Below are positions 49,458 to 50,465 of a DNA stretch of 50,465 nt, piece by piece. The notes beneath the pieces were generated by a model that did no database searches, was not told where the DNA came from, and worked only from the letters and a program-made list of their open reading frames with translations. A program made the position numbers and the translations under genes. Every line of letters begins with the position of its first letter. Positions within the stretch are counted from its first letter, which is position 1. Source of the DNA: Catajapyx aquilonaris. Its lineage: Eukaryota. Where the stretch lies: positions 1 to 50,465 of the forward strand of contig KZ538818.1 in NCBI GenBank assembly GCA_000934665.2, given 5' to 3'.

Positions 49458-49608
49458 AGGCCATTTCACAAAAAAAATGTCGCGCGGCAAACGGCGCGAC
49501 TTTCGGCAAATTTTATTGTTGCCAACAATTGGCAACAATAAATATAAATAAAAATTTGCCGCAAGTCGCGCCATTTGCCGCGCGACATTTTTTTTTGTGA
49601 AATGGCCT
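49458..49608. mobile_element. PIF/Harbinger (Tourist-like) MITE
   Basis: TAA|AGGCCATTTCACAAAAAAAATGTCGCGCGGCAAA...TTTGCCGCGCGACATTTTTTTTTGTGAAATGGCCT|TAA; 3-bp TAA TSD; ~55-bp TIRs; inner hairpin TTATTGTTGCCAA/TTGGCAACAATAA. Confidence 0.88.
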
Positions 49609-49822
49609 TAAGACTGGCCTGCAATCAGACCCCAACACGACCGACTCATACAAAAGATGTCTCTCACCACGCGCGCACGGCGCGGCGCCCTCCTGCCATC
49701 TGGTGAGGGGCCGTCGCGACATATATTTTTCCCATTATTATATTTTATTAAATTAAATTCTATGCCTATTAAACTGTGTTAATGTATTTATTATATTAAA
49801 TTATATTAAATGTATTTTGTCA

Positions 49823-49908
49823 TTTATTTATGTAATTAAACTTTATTTATGTAATTAAACTTTATTTATGTAATTAAACTTTATTTATGTAATTAAACTT
49901 TATTTATT
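49823..49908. repeat. 19-bp minisatellite, unit TTTATTTATGTAATTAAAC, ~4 copies
   Basis: Read directly. Confidence 0.9.
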
Positions 49909-50465
49909 TTTGAAATTAAATTTTGCTTAGTTTTGAAATTAAATTTTGTTTATTTAATGAATTAAACTTTTTGTCATTTTCGAGAATAAGCGAGAAATAG
50001 CCACATTAGCGAGCCCCTCTCATTGGCGAGGGAGCATCCTAATTCACCGCTAATTAAAAGAAGCGAGTAGCAAAAAAACGCAAGCGGGGAGCTCTGTGTG
50101 TGTGTGGTGTGTGTGTGAGTGGGAGAGGACGAGAGATGATCCCTACCGATGATTATCTCTAACAAATGTGCAGTGCGTGAGAAGCGAGCTTGGTAAAGTG
50201 TGGCGTGGATTATGCAACTTCACGCCATTTCTGAGAAGCGGGGGAGGGAGGGAGGGAGGGGGGGCTAGTTTGCATCTATAGTCCATGCCGCTATAGGTAT
50301 GTCTCAATTGGTCTTGGAAATAGGGACACTTTTCTGAAAAATTTTATATGGGCGATATACGTACGAGAAGTCTTATACGAGTTAAGCTCAAACCCCGAAA
50401 ACGGCCATTGGGCGAAAAAAACGGCTGCCGAATTCATCAGAAATATTCATCAATTTATTAAATGG

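Overview
Non-coding animal genomic DNA, most likely from an arthropod or other invertebrate (inferred from the SINE types and CCTAA-like tracts; the species cannot be identified). I recognise no protein-coding gene: the ORF track is explained by palindromic MITEs, tandem repeats and chance. Roughly 30 unique, GC-richer islands with G/C runs and transcription-factor-like motifs alternate with AT-rich, internally repetitive spacers, as expected in a large intron or regulatory gene desert. The spacers carry about a dozen non-autonomous DNA transposons: Tc1/mariner types with TA TSD in four families, one hAT with an 8-bp TSD, one TTAA Kolobok-like and one PIF/Harbinger-like element. There are also three tRNA-derived SINE copies with TSDs, one of them a V-domain SINE. 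Most notable: (1) a 32-bp minisatellite at ~30 kb whose unit is an exact ER-stress element (CCAAT-N9-CCACG) overlapping a TGACGTGG site; (2) compensatory changes in both arms of three MITE families; (3) two different SINE families sharing one 3' stem-loop; (4) a triple nuclear-receptor element abutting a TATA box next to a GC-rich candidate exon at ~17.6-18.0 kb. Repeat boundaries were read by eye and are approximate; nothing here establishes a new biological system.
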